A stretch of DNA of 64,000 bases from Antedon mediterranea (lineage: Eukaryota > Animalia > Echinodermata): assembly GCF_964355755.1 (NCBI RefSeq), contig NC_092674.1, positions 13,764,001 through 13,828,000 of the forward strand, given 5' to 3'. A model generated the notes under the pieces. The model did not search any database, was not told the origin of the DNA, and saw only the letters and a program-made list of their open reading frames with translations. A program made the translations under genes and the position numbers. Of this stretch, positions 49,201 through 60,879 are shown one piece after another. Numbering within the stretch: position 1 is the first letter of the stretch; each line of letters opens with the position of its first letter.

Positions 49201-52200
49201 AATAAACAAAATGTAATGGATGTTAAACACTTATTATTAAAACACCAATCAATTTTGTTATATAAATGTATATATTCTAACCTCAGATGTTGGTAGATAC
49301 AGTTTGTCTTTTCGTAACTTTTGTATTTCCTGCAGTACTTGTAGCCATTTGATTGGCAAAGTAAGAATCATCATCTGGACTAATTTTTGTATTTGGAGAA
49401 TGATTTTAGAAGCACCGCTCTTTTCAAATGAGACACTGTTTTCAATGGTAAAGAGCTCTTCTTGAAACACCATGTCCTCAAATGGTTTTCCTTCCAGGGC
49501 TTTCCAAAGTTTATTCTCTATTGCCCTTACCTAAAATAAATAACATCACATTGGAATTAAATGTATGTATGGGGAAAATTTAAAGGGTGCCGTACCAGCC
49601 AAGACCCCACCCCCACCCCATTTGTAAACTGCAACAAGTCTTTTATTTAATTTATGTCACGCATTTATGTACCCAGTGTACACTGGTATAATTATACCAA
49701 TATAAGAAAATGTGTGATAAATCATACATATTTGTATACCCTTTTATTTGTTTTATTATAGACCTAACAGATGGAACATTATTATCACAATGAAAGCGCA
49801 CATACTGTAGTATCTCATTTATGAAATAATCTTAGATTTTTACAAAAAAATATCATTTGAAATACTTTTAATCTTTAGCCTACATTTTTTTTAAAATTGA
49901 AATTAAGGTAAGATAATCATTTAATCATAAGCCAGCACAGTACAGTAGTATGTGCATGTCATGGACCACTTTTTTAAAGAATAATTTTTGTTTGTGCTGG
50001 TTATGGCCGCCTTCATTTTAAACTAGAACTCTGTCAACATTCCGGGTCATTATCATTAGTGTTACAAAGTTTGCCACAAAAAAACAAAACCAACAACAAA
50101 CAAATATACAGGGGCGGTAAAAAAGTTTTCTATACATTAAAATAAAACAAACTATAATGAAGTAAAACAATTAATGACATTCCTGAAATGTTATTACTGA
50201 GCTATTGAGCTTTGACCAAATATCTCCCAGTATTTATTAGTTACAGTAGAAAAACATTAAACAAATCCTCAGACGACAGTTGAATTGACAGATAAACAAA
50301 ACCAACAAGCAAACAAACAACAAAAATACAGGGGCGAAAACATAACCTCCTAGACAGAGGGAATAAAAGTGTTCATTCTAAGCAGCCTCAAATGGTCAAA
50401 TTTGTTGATAATTGACAGAAATGTGTGTTGTCCTAATAACTTAATTTCTATAGTATTTCTATAATTATTTATTAAAAATGTTACGAACAAATAAAAATAG
50501 CTGTTTGGCTAGTCTCAATTAACTTGATGCTAGGTGATTGAGCTTCTTTTACTTTACAGTAGCAGTGAACCTGATCTACTATAGCCTAGATAAGCATTTT
50601 TACCCATATCTTATTGCCTTAAGAAAAATTAATGTGTGCAATATTATATCTGGTGGTCCATTTACTGGATAGGAGGAGTAACTGGCCGTATCTTGACAAC
50701 AACAAAATTGTTTACCTGACTAAAAAGAGGAGGAAAGGCATTATACCCAAGAACTGTATGTAACAATTTAAACAGGAAAATAGAATTGGTTAAGTAAAAG
50801 TAGATTAGATTAACTTAACAATTTGACCACAAACATCATTTTGCTTTAAATTCAAAGCTTACAAATAGTTCAAAATGAACCTTTTTGGACACTGTACATC
50901 CAGCTGAAATAAATTAGGAATTTGTTAATATTTATATATAATGAGCAACTGAGAGGATACATTTAATATCAAATGATATGTCAACAACTAAAATTTAAAG
51001 AAATATACAACAAATACTTAATGTACTTTTATCATTTATTATATGTATTTAATTATGTATAATACTTCAGTTTACAGTTTAGTAAAATATGAGAAAAATA
51101 GCAATAAAGGAAGCATGGTACTGTTTATTTGTGATTATAAACAATTCAATTTAGATTTACAATTTAAACACACAATGTGAATACTGTAATGAAAAAAAAA
51201 AGAAATATTAATCACTATACAATTTGTTTGGGAGTATCATTTTCATTTTAATATTCATACAAAATTCAAACAAATATACAGGTACATGGTGGATGGTCAA
51301 TAGATTGCTCATGGATCAGACAAGAACAAACTAGCCTGTAATTATTGTCAATGATAATACTAAACCTTTTTCATTATATAATGTAAAAAAAAGAATAGAA
51401 CATCTATATTATTAACATAATTTCATTACAGTACTTAATAACAAACTAACCTTGTTTGTATTGTAAATGTCCATACGTCCGTCCTGTATGAAGAACACAA
51501 AAATATTCCTGTGTTCTTCATATAGAATATTTGCTCGAGCACATACTTGCATAGCATTATCTCCATTCTAGTAAAAAGTGAAAAAAAAAAATAAAGTGCA
51601 CCAGCTGTACTGCATATATTTTAAATAAGTTTAACAAAAATAATTAATGGCACCACGAACATATTAAAGTGTAGAGGATAAATAGTGATAGACAATGAAT
51701 AGGATAGAACAATTTTTAGGCTCTAGGACCCTAATAATCTGGGATACACAACAGTCCAGACACTAATGGGTTCAGTCAAGAATTATTTGGGAATGTGTTC
51801 ACGAGTGTTTGCAATGCACTCAACATGAACAATTACATCAGAATAGGACAAAAAACACTTACTTTACTTGTTACTTGGTTTGCATAGCTATCCCCATTAT
51901 TGGGGACATTTCGCCGTCATTGACATTATGTTGACATAGCACAACAATGAGAGACATTAATGTTGATGATAAGGTCATGGAACACTAATTAATAAAAAAA
52001 AAAAAAAACCTGGTACCTCTAACCATAGGTAGGGACCCTGACAGGTACTCTCCCTCCGTGTCGGGATCCCGAAACTCATCAGTGGGCATGGGTGCTCATC
52101 TCCCTGTTCAGGACTATTCCTGATGATTACCCATGCTATTTACGTTTAAAATTAAACCCCAGGACATCAATTAACTAAACAATTATAAAATAGCTCAGTG

Positions 52201-55200
52201 TTTGCAATGCACTCAGCATAGTACAATAAAATCAGAATAGTACAAAACATATTATACAAATAATGAATGTTTATGAGTGCAATGGTACAAATAATGGCAC
52301 GAGGTGAATGATGAAAGGTTATATCAACGAGGCAAAGCCGAGTTGATATAACCTTTCATCATTCACCAAGTGCCATTATTTGTACCATTACACGAATACA
52401 AAACATTCATTATTTGTTTTATATAACATCTAAATAACAAACAAAAATGTTTCAAAAAGTACTATTTAACGATCGTTGAATAGTGCGTACTATTGCACGC
52501 CATGTGACCCACATTCGTCCAATCAAATGACAGGAATTTATATAGGTGTTATATAAAAACAATTATAAAATAACTCAGTGTATAGTAAAATTACATCAGA
52601 ATACTGTAGGACAAAACATCTAAACAATTATTAAAATGGCTGTCTGATGCATGCAACATAACTTTTTAGTAGTTACATTATTATCAACATAATGGTGGTG
52701 GTACTGGAATCTAACCCTAAACCAGGCTGAAGAAGTCATGGGTTCGACTCCAAGAATTTCTAGGGTGGAACTCGGCTGTTCAATGCAATGAGAATTTAGT
52801 ACATTACATCAGAGGAGGTCACAGTCACAGTCTCTCTCTGATGCAAAGCTATTTTGTAGTAGTTGCAATATCATCATATAAAAGTAAGGATTAAAGACAA
52901 CTACCCTCACTAGAACAACCACTGTTGTATGGTAGGACAATCACCCCATTATACTGTAGGAAAATTACCCTGTTAGGACAACTATTCCTAGGACAACCAC
53001 CCACTATACTTAATAGTAGCGGTGGCGCCAGGATCTTTCCGACGCGGGGGCTAAATTCCCCGACGGAGGGCCTATGCGAGCGAAGCGAGCATCGCTAGGC
53101 TGGAGGCCAGGGGGGCCGCCAAGGGCCCCGGTTGGGGTCCAGGGGGCTTCCCCCGGAAGCAACGCGTTATAAATAGCGTAATTTGAGGTCAGATTTAGGG
53201 TATCCAACCTTTTCCATTTTGTATTGTACATGAAAAACACATTGCACGAGATCCGATGCGATGACTGTGTAAATCCATTTTTTCAATTTTAAAAATGAAG
53301 TTTTAAAGTTCAATATGCCTATCATAGAAAATATACTCGAACGTAAAACCTACCCACGGGCCAAGAGGTATATCATTATAATCGCAGAGGCGTAGGCAGG
53401 TTGCGCGAGACTAACACCCATGGGCTGATCTGTAAGAACATTTTGAAAAATAGAGCTGCTAGGTCTCCGGAAATTGCAATTATACATTGATATATGAAAA
53501 GAAATTACAATACAAGTCTACCAGAGAACCAGCCCACCGAGGTTCAGATATAGCTAAGAACATTTAAACAAATATAGTTTTTAGGTCCCCTGGAAATTAG
53601 ATTATAGTATTTCGAAAAAAAGAAACAAAAATATATAAGTCTCCAGGACCAGCTCTACCAGGGTTGAGCTGCTAAGAAAATTGTGAAAAATATAACTGCT
53701 AGGTACAGTACCTAGAAATTGCACTTATATAGGCCCATATTGATAAATGAAACGAATTATAAGTGCATGGTTGGGTGGAGCTAAGAAAATTGTGAAAAAT
53801 AGAGCTGCTAGGTCCCTGCAAAACATTGAAATATGAAACGAAATTATAGTACAGGACCAGCGCACCATGGTTTGGGTGGAGCTAAGAACATTTTGAAAAA
53901 TATAGTTGCTAGGTCCCGGAAATTTAACTTATTATACGTCGAAGCATAAAACAAAATATTATACGCCACGTCTCCAGAACCAGCCCTACTATATATAAAA
54001 AATATTTAAAAAAGAGAGCTCTAGGTTCCCAGACAATGCACTAACTGTATATTGTACATCGAAATATGAAACGAAATTTATAATACTGTAGTATCCATGA
54101 CCAGCTCTATAATTGAGGACGGTTACGCTAGGACAATTTTGAAAACTAGAGCTGCAGGTCTTCAAAAATACATTTATAAATAAATAAAAATTCCTAGAGG
54201 TCTAAAAAAGTGAACAAAGTTTTACCTTTTATTTTGAAGGAAATGCGTCCGCAAGCGTAGATCATTTCCCTTCGGGGAAATCAGATTATTTCCCAGATGT
54301 GAATCTGGAATTTCGATGTACGATGAGCAGTTCATGAAATACAGGACATTGGAAATTGTTTAATGAGCCTACAGTGAAATGTCTATTTTTGGTACCCCAC
54401 GGTACAGAGGGTTAATCGTAAATTAAAAAATTGAACATACGAACAATAGATCGCGAACATAATTCTTTTGCTGTATAGCGTACGTCGATATACATCACAT
54501 GACGTAACGTTTCAGCAATGTTCGCCTGTCATGGAGTAAAGGATATCACATGTAAACCGCAATGGGCCGGGCCCAATGTAGTGAGTACCTATTGTTTATT
54601 AGATCGCTGGCAATAATGCATGCATTGTGTAATAGCCCTCCGACGTACTCACAAAATTGGAACGTCGCGATTTTTTAGGCGCTGAAGCTACGAAGTGAAC
54701 ACGAATAATTTTTACTGTATAATATTCTCCGACGAAAAGTACTCGCGTTCTCCGCTAGGCTCCACGACGAGTGTGGGGGGGGGGGGGCGGCTACAGCCCC
54801 CGTACTGTGAATAATATTATATTTTGATTGTACATACAGTACAACCCTTTAGTAAAAACTGTCCAAATTGAAACATTGATGATTTATAAATGATATGATC
54901 AAAACCTACTGAATATTTACCAATACTTCTACCATTTCATTGATTATATTGATTGATTATATTTACTGTGAACACAAAAAGAGCATATTTATTTAGCGAG
55001 ATATCTGGAGAGAAAAAACCTTTTCATTTAAAGGACATATTTCTTTAGTGAAATTTCAATATACTTTGCAAATTGCAGACGATAAAAATGTTATACTTGG
55101 ATCAGTTATAATACTATGATTGATTCAACGTAGAATTTTTCCATTTTAATGGCTGCTAATATAAAAGCTTCTTGTCACATTACATCTTTTTGTATCAAAA

Positions 55201-57282
55201 GATAAAACATTTGGATTTATCTCAATATCTCTATGGTTTTCATATACTTTTTGCTTTAAGATTCAATAAATAAGTTGGTGAATTTACAGTGAAATCAATA
55301 ATACCTACAATAATAACCTGGCACCAGCCAGGTACAGATATAGGAAGTTTGCATAGAGTATGGTACACAAATAGAATGCACTAATAATTCAGGATAATAA
55401 ATATAGGCCTAAAGAACATTCAGGACTAACTAAATTGTGGTAGTTGATTAACTTGGATTAATATAAAACACAAGAATCCAGCTTATTCTGTCCTAGTGAC
55501 GGATGTAGATAGCGAAGGGGAGCGAATAGGTCGAATAGAAAAATGATCTGACCCCATGTGTATCATCACATACAGGGTAGATGTTTATTTTTGGGTTTTT
55601 TCTTTGGTGTATTAAAATCTTGTTCAAAAGAAAACTACGAGATGAATCTATTAAAATAAAGAAGATTAATTTTATGACTATTTATTCGATAATGTTAATT
55701 GTGGTTTTATGGAAAGAAACTACAAATCAGTATTCGCTGTATAAATGCTGTATTCATGTTAGATAAGGTATTCAGATTAAGGTGTAGTATAATTATTCAG
55801 ATGGGTTTTGTAAATACTATAATAATACTATATATGTTTTTAAAAAAAATGTACTTAATTCATTTCATAATATAATTATTCTATATAATGATGGATGTCT
55901 ATAGTGAATATGTAGAATAGAAAAATAATCCTCACAGTGTAGTTTATTACCAGCATTCTTATAATATAACATAAATAAATAATACATACATAATTAACAT
56001 CAGTAAAAATGTTTTAAAAATTACTAATAATATTTGGATAGTTATATAAATACATCCACCAACTTTTTGCTGTATTTGAAAAAAAAACTTACAAATATTA
56101 TTGTCCCCTGAAAACAGGAAATATTGTGAATTATGAATAGATGTAGATCTTCATCTGTAACGACATATTTGTTTTTATGTTTCATAAATAATAAACCACT
56201 AACCATTTGTGATTTAATACTTTATTGAAACTGTCACTTTCATATTCGATAGAAACAGTAAAGTACATGCAACAAAACACCACTATGACTTTTATATTCT
56301 TTGTCATTATTAATTAATACTATTAAGAAGCACCTGTCAGTATTAAAGTTTAACTATGTGTTTAAACAGTACCACCACACTCACAGTAAAAAAATGTGCT
56401 TCAAATGGGACACAAATGGTTTATGTATTTAATGTCAACATGTTTTAATTTATCTCCGAAGGCACATAAATTTACCTACTTGTGTTATACCAAATGTGGG
56501 GAGAGATTGGAATGTTCCATTCATCGCCAAGCAATCCTTTTGTATAAACGTATATTAAATCTATCAAAATAGTATTTTTTAAAGAAAAATATTATGATGC
56601 TGTACTTGAGCTGTTCAACTGGTTTTCAGCTATTAAAAACAATTATCCTAGGATGAGATAGGAAAATGCGAAACATCCTCGTATTATTGTGTGCGAGTAT
56701 TTTTCAAGATGGATATCCATTAGACAGTGTATACCACAATCGGAAAACACCCCAAATTTGGGGCAAATCGTTGAACCTAAATTCGCTTTAATTGTCAATA
56801 ACTAAGTATCTAACTCAATTTAATTAATAAACAGGATTACATCAGGTGGTTAAAATCAGTAACGAAAGTACGTACGAACCAACTTTATATACCATCGAGT
56901 AAAAATTCTAGAAATAACGCACGATTTACCGAATTTTGCCCTTACGTAAATGTATATATAGATGTCATTTTAATGTCGCATTAATAGTTAATTTAACTGT
57001 ATATTTTTATATCAGAAATCATTAGTTGTTTTATTCATTTTATTTTCTATGGACTTGAATAACTTAATAAAAACTACTAATATAAAGTCTAATTTTATAA
57101 ATCTTTATTCTTCCTGATTTAGGAGGACAACAAAAGTACTATTCTATTGTCTTGAAATTATGAAATAATTAATTACAACTTACGTTATTTTTGTAATTTA
57201 AATCAGCATGTTTGTTGGCTAATGCTATGCAGCATGCAGTATGGCCTAATTCAGCAGCTAACAAGAGTGGTGTATTTCCATC
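36986..57282 (-). CDS. Roco-family (DAPK-like architecture) protein: ankyrin repeats - partial Roc - COR - three Death domains; multi-exon, 5' end not identified
   Basis: Phase-compatible GT-AG exons at 57282-57184, 51567-51451, 49530-49282, 43272-43087, 42729-42574, 42487-42206, 41697-41617, 41006-40793, 40011-39865, 39446-39276, 39184-38885, 38422-38099 and 37257-36986 give an uninterrupted frame. Confidence 0.8.
38099..38422 (-). CDS. Death domain exon 2
   Basis: LDDQDLLFICDNLNQSWRRLVVRLGI...MEVLVQWR...ALKQQGRVDLA; phase 1-1, 324 bp. Confidence 0.88.
38885..39184 (-). CDS. Death domain exon 1
   Basis: VDDLTIDNVSREMDLSCRRFGVRLGL...KMLKHWR...VLRQHGRNDLA; phase 1-1, 300 bp. Confidence 0.88.
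39276..39446 (-). CDS. Low-complexity linker exon
   Basis: ASTSKEAGR...SKRRRMSDVKDNK; phase 1-1; 171 bp. Confidence 0.75.
39865..40011 (-). CDS. Low-complexity linker exon
   Basis: ASESRDSTK...LFSSKKDNK; phase 1-1; 147 bp; similar to the next linker exon. Confidence 0.75.
40290..40448 (+). mobile_element. 3' tail of a Rex1/L2-type retroelement
   Basis: TTTCCCCATGGGGATAATAAAG stem-loop plus (AATTG)n tail, the same style as the tail at 43999-44060. Confidence 0.6.
40793..41006 (-). CDS. COR C-terminal exon
   Basis: VLTFLEKEL...YIPCMC...LPCGS...LFG; AG/GT boundaries. Confidence 0.8.
41314..41697 (-). repeat. Four tandem copies (101-bp period) of an 81-bp coding exon plus a 20-nt GT..AG spacer
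   Basis: TTIVRTDMMNAAGLPEDDDPKPSICKK at 41697-41617, 41596-41516, 41495-41415 and 41394-41314; spacer GTAAGTAATAGTACCCAAAG. Confidence 0.92.
42206..42487 (-). CDS. COR domain exon
   Basis: FYVLSRLKP...FHDFDGYLPDDLFQRVS; 282 bp, phase 0-0. Confidence 0.85.
42574..42729 (-). CDS. COR domain exon
   Basis: LWRNLNGGKLDERLLRHIW...FFVSLMQTFGLMC; 156 bp. Confidence 0.85.
43087..43272 (-). CDS. COR domain exon
   Basis: FLEYLHDIGEILFY...LKEKIVID..GVVDKFK; 186 bp. Confidence 0.88.
43999..45510 (-). mobile_element. 5'-truncated Rex1/Babar-type LINE (RT domain), one frameshift in a T-run near 45150
   Basis: GPDGI, LNDLRPIALTS..MK.FE, LDPLQFAYR, ADFSSAFNT, GSPQGCVLSPLLY, KFADDT, FKYLG; 3' stem-loop and (GAATT)n tail. 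Confidence 0.9.
45822..49115 (+). mobile_element. Crack/L2-group LINE: near-complete ORF2 (APE + RT) with ~3 frameshifts, plus 3' UTR
   Basis: NCRS, GGGVALY, IYRPP, MGDFN, PTR, SDHYP, NYRPISIL, FLDLSKAFD, GVPQGSILGPLLF, YADD, KFLG; AATAAA at ~49101. Confidence 0.92.
49282..49530 (-). CDS. Roc C-terminus / COR N-terminus exon
   Basis: VRAIENKLWKALEGKPF...LFTIENS...LPIKWLQVLQEI; 249 bp, phase 0-0. Confidence 0.82.
50021..50368 (+). mobile_element. Degenerate Helentron/HINE-like non-autonomous element
   Basis: AACTAGAACTCTG start, (CAAA)n blocks, and a GGCGAAAACATAACCTC..GAGG.AATAA end hairpin. Confidence 0.45.
51451..51567 (-). CDS. Divergent ankyrin-repeat-like exon
   Basis: TAG|NGDNAMQVCARAN...GRMDIYNTNK|GTTAG; 117 bp, phase 0-0. 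Confidence 0.6.
52252..52556. mobile_element. Palindromic non-autonomous element (Crypton-like)
   Basis: ~75-bp inverted arms at 52256-52417 centred on CGAGGCAAAGCCGAG; ends in GTGTTATATAA. Confidence 0.55.
53017..54802. mobile_element. Non-autonomous hAT-like element with an internal ~100-130-bp tandem array
   Basis: GC-rich ends (AGCGGTGGCGCCAGG..., GGGGGGCGGCTACAGCCCCC); ~7 diverged CTAAGAACATTTTGAAAAATAGAGCTGCTAGGT units at 53430-54170. Confidence 0.5.
55565..55830. repeat. Diverged local duplication; partner at 58380-58642 + 60094-60130
   Basis: Shared GGGTAGATGTT...TATTCGCTGT.TAAA..CTGTATTCAT..GATAAGGTAT.CAGA...ATTCAGAT. Confidence 0.6.
56740..56962 (-). mobile_element. 5' fragment of the same Helitron family as 9862-12779
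   Basis: Reverse complement A|TCTATATATACATTTACGTAAGGGCAAAATTCGG...CCTGTTTA continues directly into sequence matching 12191 onward. Confidence 0.75.
57184..57282 (-). CDS. Ankyrin repeat exon
   Basis: TAG|DGNTPLLLAAELGHTACCIALANKHADLNYKNN|GTAAG; exactly 99 bp. Confidence 0.92.
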
Positions 57283-58642
57283 CTAAAAATAGAATATAAT
57301 ATTTCATACAATATTACAAAATTCTTAGCAATGAGGAGGCATGGTTATTAATGTGTTTTATTTGTATTAAACACATTAATAATAACTTCCCATATATCTT
57401 TTTAAATCATGATTTTAACTCTTCATAAATAAAAGTTTACTCAGTGAAGTTATAAATTCATTCAGTGATTTCATATTACATATTCTTTCAAAAACAAACA
57501 TCCATATTTTTATTGTTTTTCCTGTGCAAACATGGTGTTAGCTCAAGAATTGTTCAACACTTTATTATATTGCTAAAATACTATCTACACATGTTGGTAC
57601 TGTATTACTAAAAAAATGTAAAAATATTTTTATAGTAGCATAAATAATCAAATTACAACTGATATGACCATTCTAAAACTTCTGATGAAGTTTTATAAAT
57701 TTCTCTAAATAAATCAATGATTAAAATGATAAAATAATGGCATTTCAACAAAGTATTATAGACTGTGTACATCATAAGTTAACAGTTTTTAGTCTCACTG
57801 AGCTTTATATCTCCATGATTTGGTAGACTGTAATTGTATTTTAAGAACAGCACTTAAAATTAATAAAATATGATATAAATACAATTGAAAGTTTTTAATG
57901 TAAATTATTTTAATTAAGATAATTTACATTGTCAGATCTCACTCTGAATACATTTAACCCGATTTCTCATCAAAAGAGTCAGTGTGGTAAAAGACCTCTT
58001 AAACAAAAAATATAACAATATTTAATATAAAAAACTCATTACAATCCAGCATTCGAGCAGAGAAATATTATTGATAAAGGTTTTCATAACATGCAGAAGT
58101 AATTAATGTTCTCCCTGGTCATTTATTCCAGCTGTGACAATTGTATTATCATCGCTCTGCACAACCATGAAGAAACATCAGAATGGTTGTCAATATTATA
58201 ATTATTAATAAAGGACAATATAAAAAGGATCTGATCCTATCATAATGCACTTTTATATGATTTAGCGAAATTAAGTAGAGCAATAAGGTAGTGTCTGAGC
58301 AGCATTGTGTTGGAAGGCATTGGATAATAAGACACACAAAGGTGTACAAGGGTCTCTTTAGCTGTGACTGACAGGCTGTACTATCATACACGGGTAGATG
58401 TTATTGTGTTCGGTGTATTTTAATACACCAAACACACTATTTAAAAATAGTTTTAAAAAGAGATGATAGCATCCGGTTTATTCTATTTAAAAAAGTGGTA
58501 TGTATGGTTATATGATAATGTTGCTATTGTAGTTTTTATGCTATGAAACTATGTTATGGAATGAATCTACAAAGGCCTAGTATTATTCGCTGTTTAAACA
58601 CTGTATTCATTTTGGATAAGGTATACAGAAGGTGTATGGTAT

Positions 58643-60093
58643 TGTAACGAAAATCCCTTCCCGGGTTCGTTCCCTTTTTGGGGGGAGGGGTCTGCGGTAC
58701 CACGGCACACTCGAATGAAACAAACAAATCAATTACAATTTTTGGAGTGACCTCCTTTATTCTTCTTTGATTCCAAATTATTGGTACAACTGATTATAAT
58801 AATTAATTAGATTAGTTCTGCTATTACGCCGGACATGAAACAACAGCGTAACCACCAGTAATGACGTAACCTCAAATAGTAGCGTAACCACCAACAACGG
58901 CGTAACCCCTAACAGCAACGTAACCACCAACAATGGTGTAACCTCCAACAGCACGTAACCACCACCAATGGTGTAACCTCCAACAGCACGTAACCTCCAA
59001 CAGCACGTAACCACCAACAATGGTGTAACCTCCAACAATGGTGTAACCTCCAACAGCACGTAACCACCAACAATGTTGTAACCTCCAACAGCACGTAACC
59101 ACCAACAATGGTGTAACCTCCAACAGCACGTAACCACCAACAATGGTGTAACCTCCAACAGCACATAACCACCAACGATGGTGTAACCTCCACAGCAACG
59201 TAACCACCAACAATGGTGTAACCTCCACAGCAACGTAACCACCAACAATGGCGTAACCTCCACAGCAACGTAACCACCAACAATGGTGTAACCTCCAACA
59301 GTGGTGTAACCTCCACAGCAACGTAACCACCAACAACAATGGCGTAACCTCCACAGCAACGTAACCACCAACAGTGGTGTAACCTCCAACAGCACGTACA
59401 CCAACACAATGGTGTAACCTCTAACAGCAACGTAGCCACCAACAATAGTGTAACCTCCACAACAGGTAACCACCGGCTAACACTGCAGGGTAACCACCAG
59501 TAGTCTTAACCACTGGCTAATAGGTGTACCACCAGCAAAGCAGTTTCACAACCACAGGGTGTACCACGGGCTAACTGTATCTCAAGCAGTAACACAACCA
59601 GTAGGTGCAACCTCCGGCTCAGCTATCTCAAATAGTGATACAACCAGTACTGTAGGCGCAACCTCCGGCTCACTATGTCTCAAATAGTGATACAACCAGT
59701 ACAGTAGGCGCAACCTCCGGCTCACTATGTCTCCAACAGCAGCACAAGCGGTAGGCTGTACCCTCCGGCTAACTTACCTGCTGTGTCTTAACTCTCCTTT
59801 TATTATTCAGCTCTAATTTTCTCTTTCTTTTCTCTAATCTTCTCTACACTTTGTTTTCCAATTTCTCTAATGTCCCTACTTATTTTACACGTCTTTTCCC
59901 TGCTTCTCCGCTTTTCCAGCTCCAATCTCTCCCTCCTTTTTTTAACGCAGCTCGAGGTAACCCTCCATTGCCTTCCTCTCCAATCCCTCTCTGCCCTTTC
60001 TCTCAAGTCTCACGTCCGTTCTCTCCTTCTCTCCTCTAACTCTGCCTCAATCTGCCGCCCTCTATATTTTCCTTCTACCCCAAAATCATTACA
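58643..60093 (-). mobile_element. Solo LTR (Gypsy-like) containing minisatellites
   Basis: TGTAACGA...TCATTACA termini and a 4-bp TSD GTAT. TATA-like and AATAAA motifs on the - strand. It interrupts the duplication paralogous to 55565-55830. Confidence 0.8.
58845..59470. repeat. 35-bp (17+18) minisatellite inside the LTR
   Basis: AACCTCCAACAGCACGT + AACCACCAACAATGGTGT units; followed by ~51-bp repeats at 59570-59770. Confidence 0.92.
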
Positions 60094-60879
60094 GTATATT
60101 CAGATAGGTATAATAGTAAATCCCTGTATTTATAAAAACTTTTAAGCAATAAATTTAAATAAATAATTCATTTTTTCAGTTTTATTCAGAAATATATGAT
60201 TGTTGTTCTGAATTAACTTTTGTGAGCAAAAACATGATAATATCATGATTTGTTTTTGTATGCAATGTTTTTTTGTGACAATGTTCTATTAACACACATA
60301 CCTAAAAAGGGCGTTGCAAACTACAGAAAGCCACTAATCTCCTATCTGTATTGACATCATGCTCTTATAGTACTCTTTCATGTGCTTTTATACTTTATGC
60401 AACATTCTCTTATACACGATGTTGGATGCACCAAATGTAAATTACAGTGGTGTTTGCGTTTGAACAAGCAGTTACGACTGAAAACGTATCCAAAATGTGT
60501 TCAGGTGGTAACACATTTTGACTGGTAAATTCTAATTCCATTGGTTTCATTTTGTCGTTACTGGGAGGGGATAAGGTTTAAAATAAATGTTTTACCAAAT
60601 CAAATGGATATCTCAATTCATATATTTTGTATATATATATATATCATTTGCTTCAAATACATAGTGTTGCTCTGTATATATGGCACAAAATAACAACACG
60701 ACACACCTTAACATTCTGTGCTCTAAAGGCAGATGGTAAACACTATTACAGAATCTACAATGCTAAAAGTGAGAACACTTTCAATGACAGATTTATAAAA
60801 CAAAAAAATACGTAGGCCTAGTCTATGCAAAAATTAAAAACGTTGAGCATGGGCATTTTGGTGATGACGTATAATAGAT

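Noticed and set aside
50560-50920. Small GT-AG blocks as the missing Roc exons (e.g. GPPDIILHT)
   Set aside because: No P-loop, DFxGQ or convincing GTH motif, and the phases do not chain with the flanking exons.
52040-52100. Possible hammerhead ribozyme (CTGATGAG...GACAC on the - strand; related sequence at ~5545-5600)
   Set aside because: The core has GACA instead of GAAA and I could not build stems I and III. The context looks like a SINE remnant.
58778-59473. Three overlapping 160-231-aa ORFs
   Set aside because: By-products of a stop-poor minisatellite inside an LTR.
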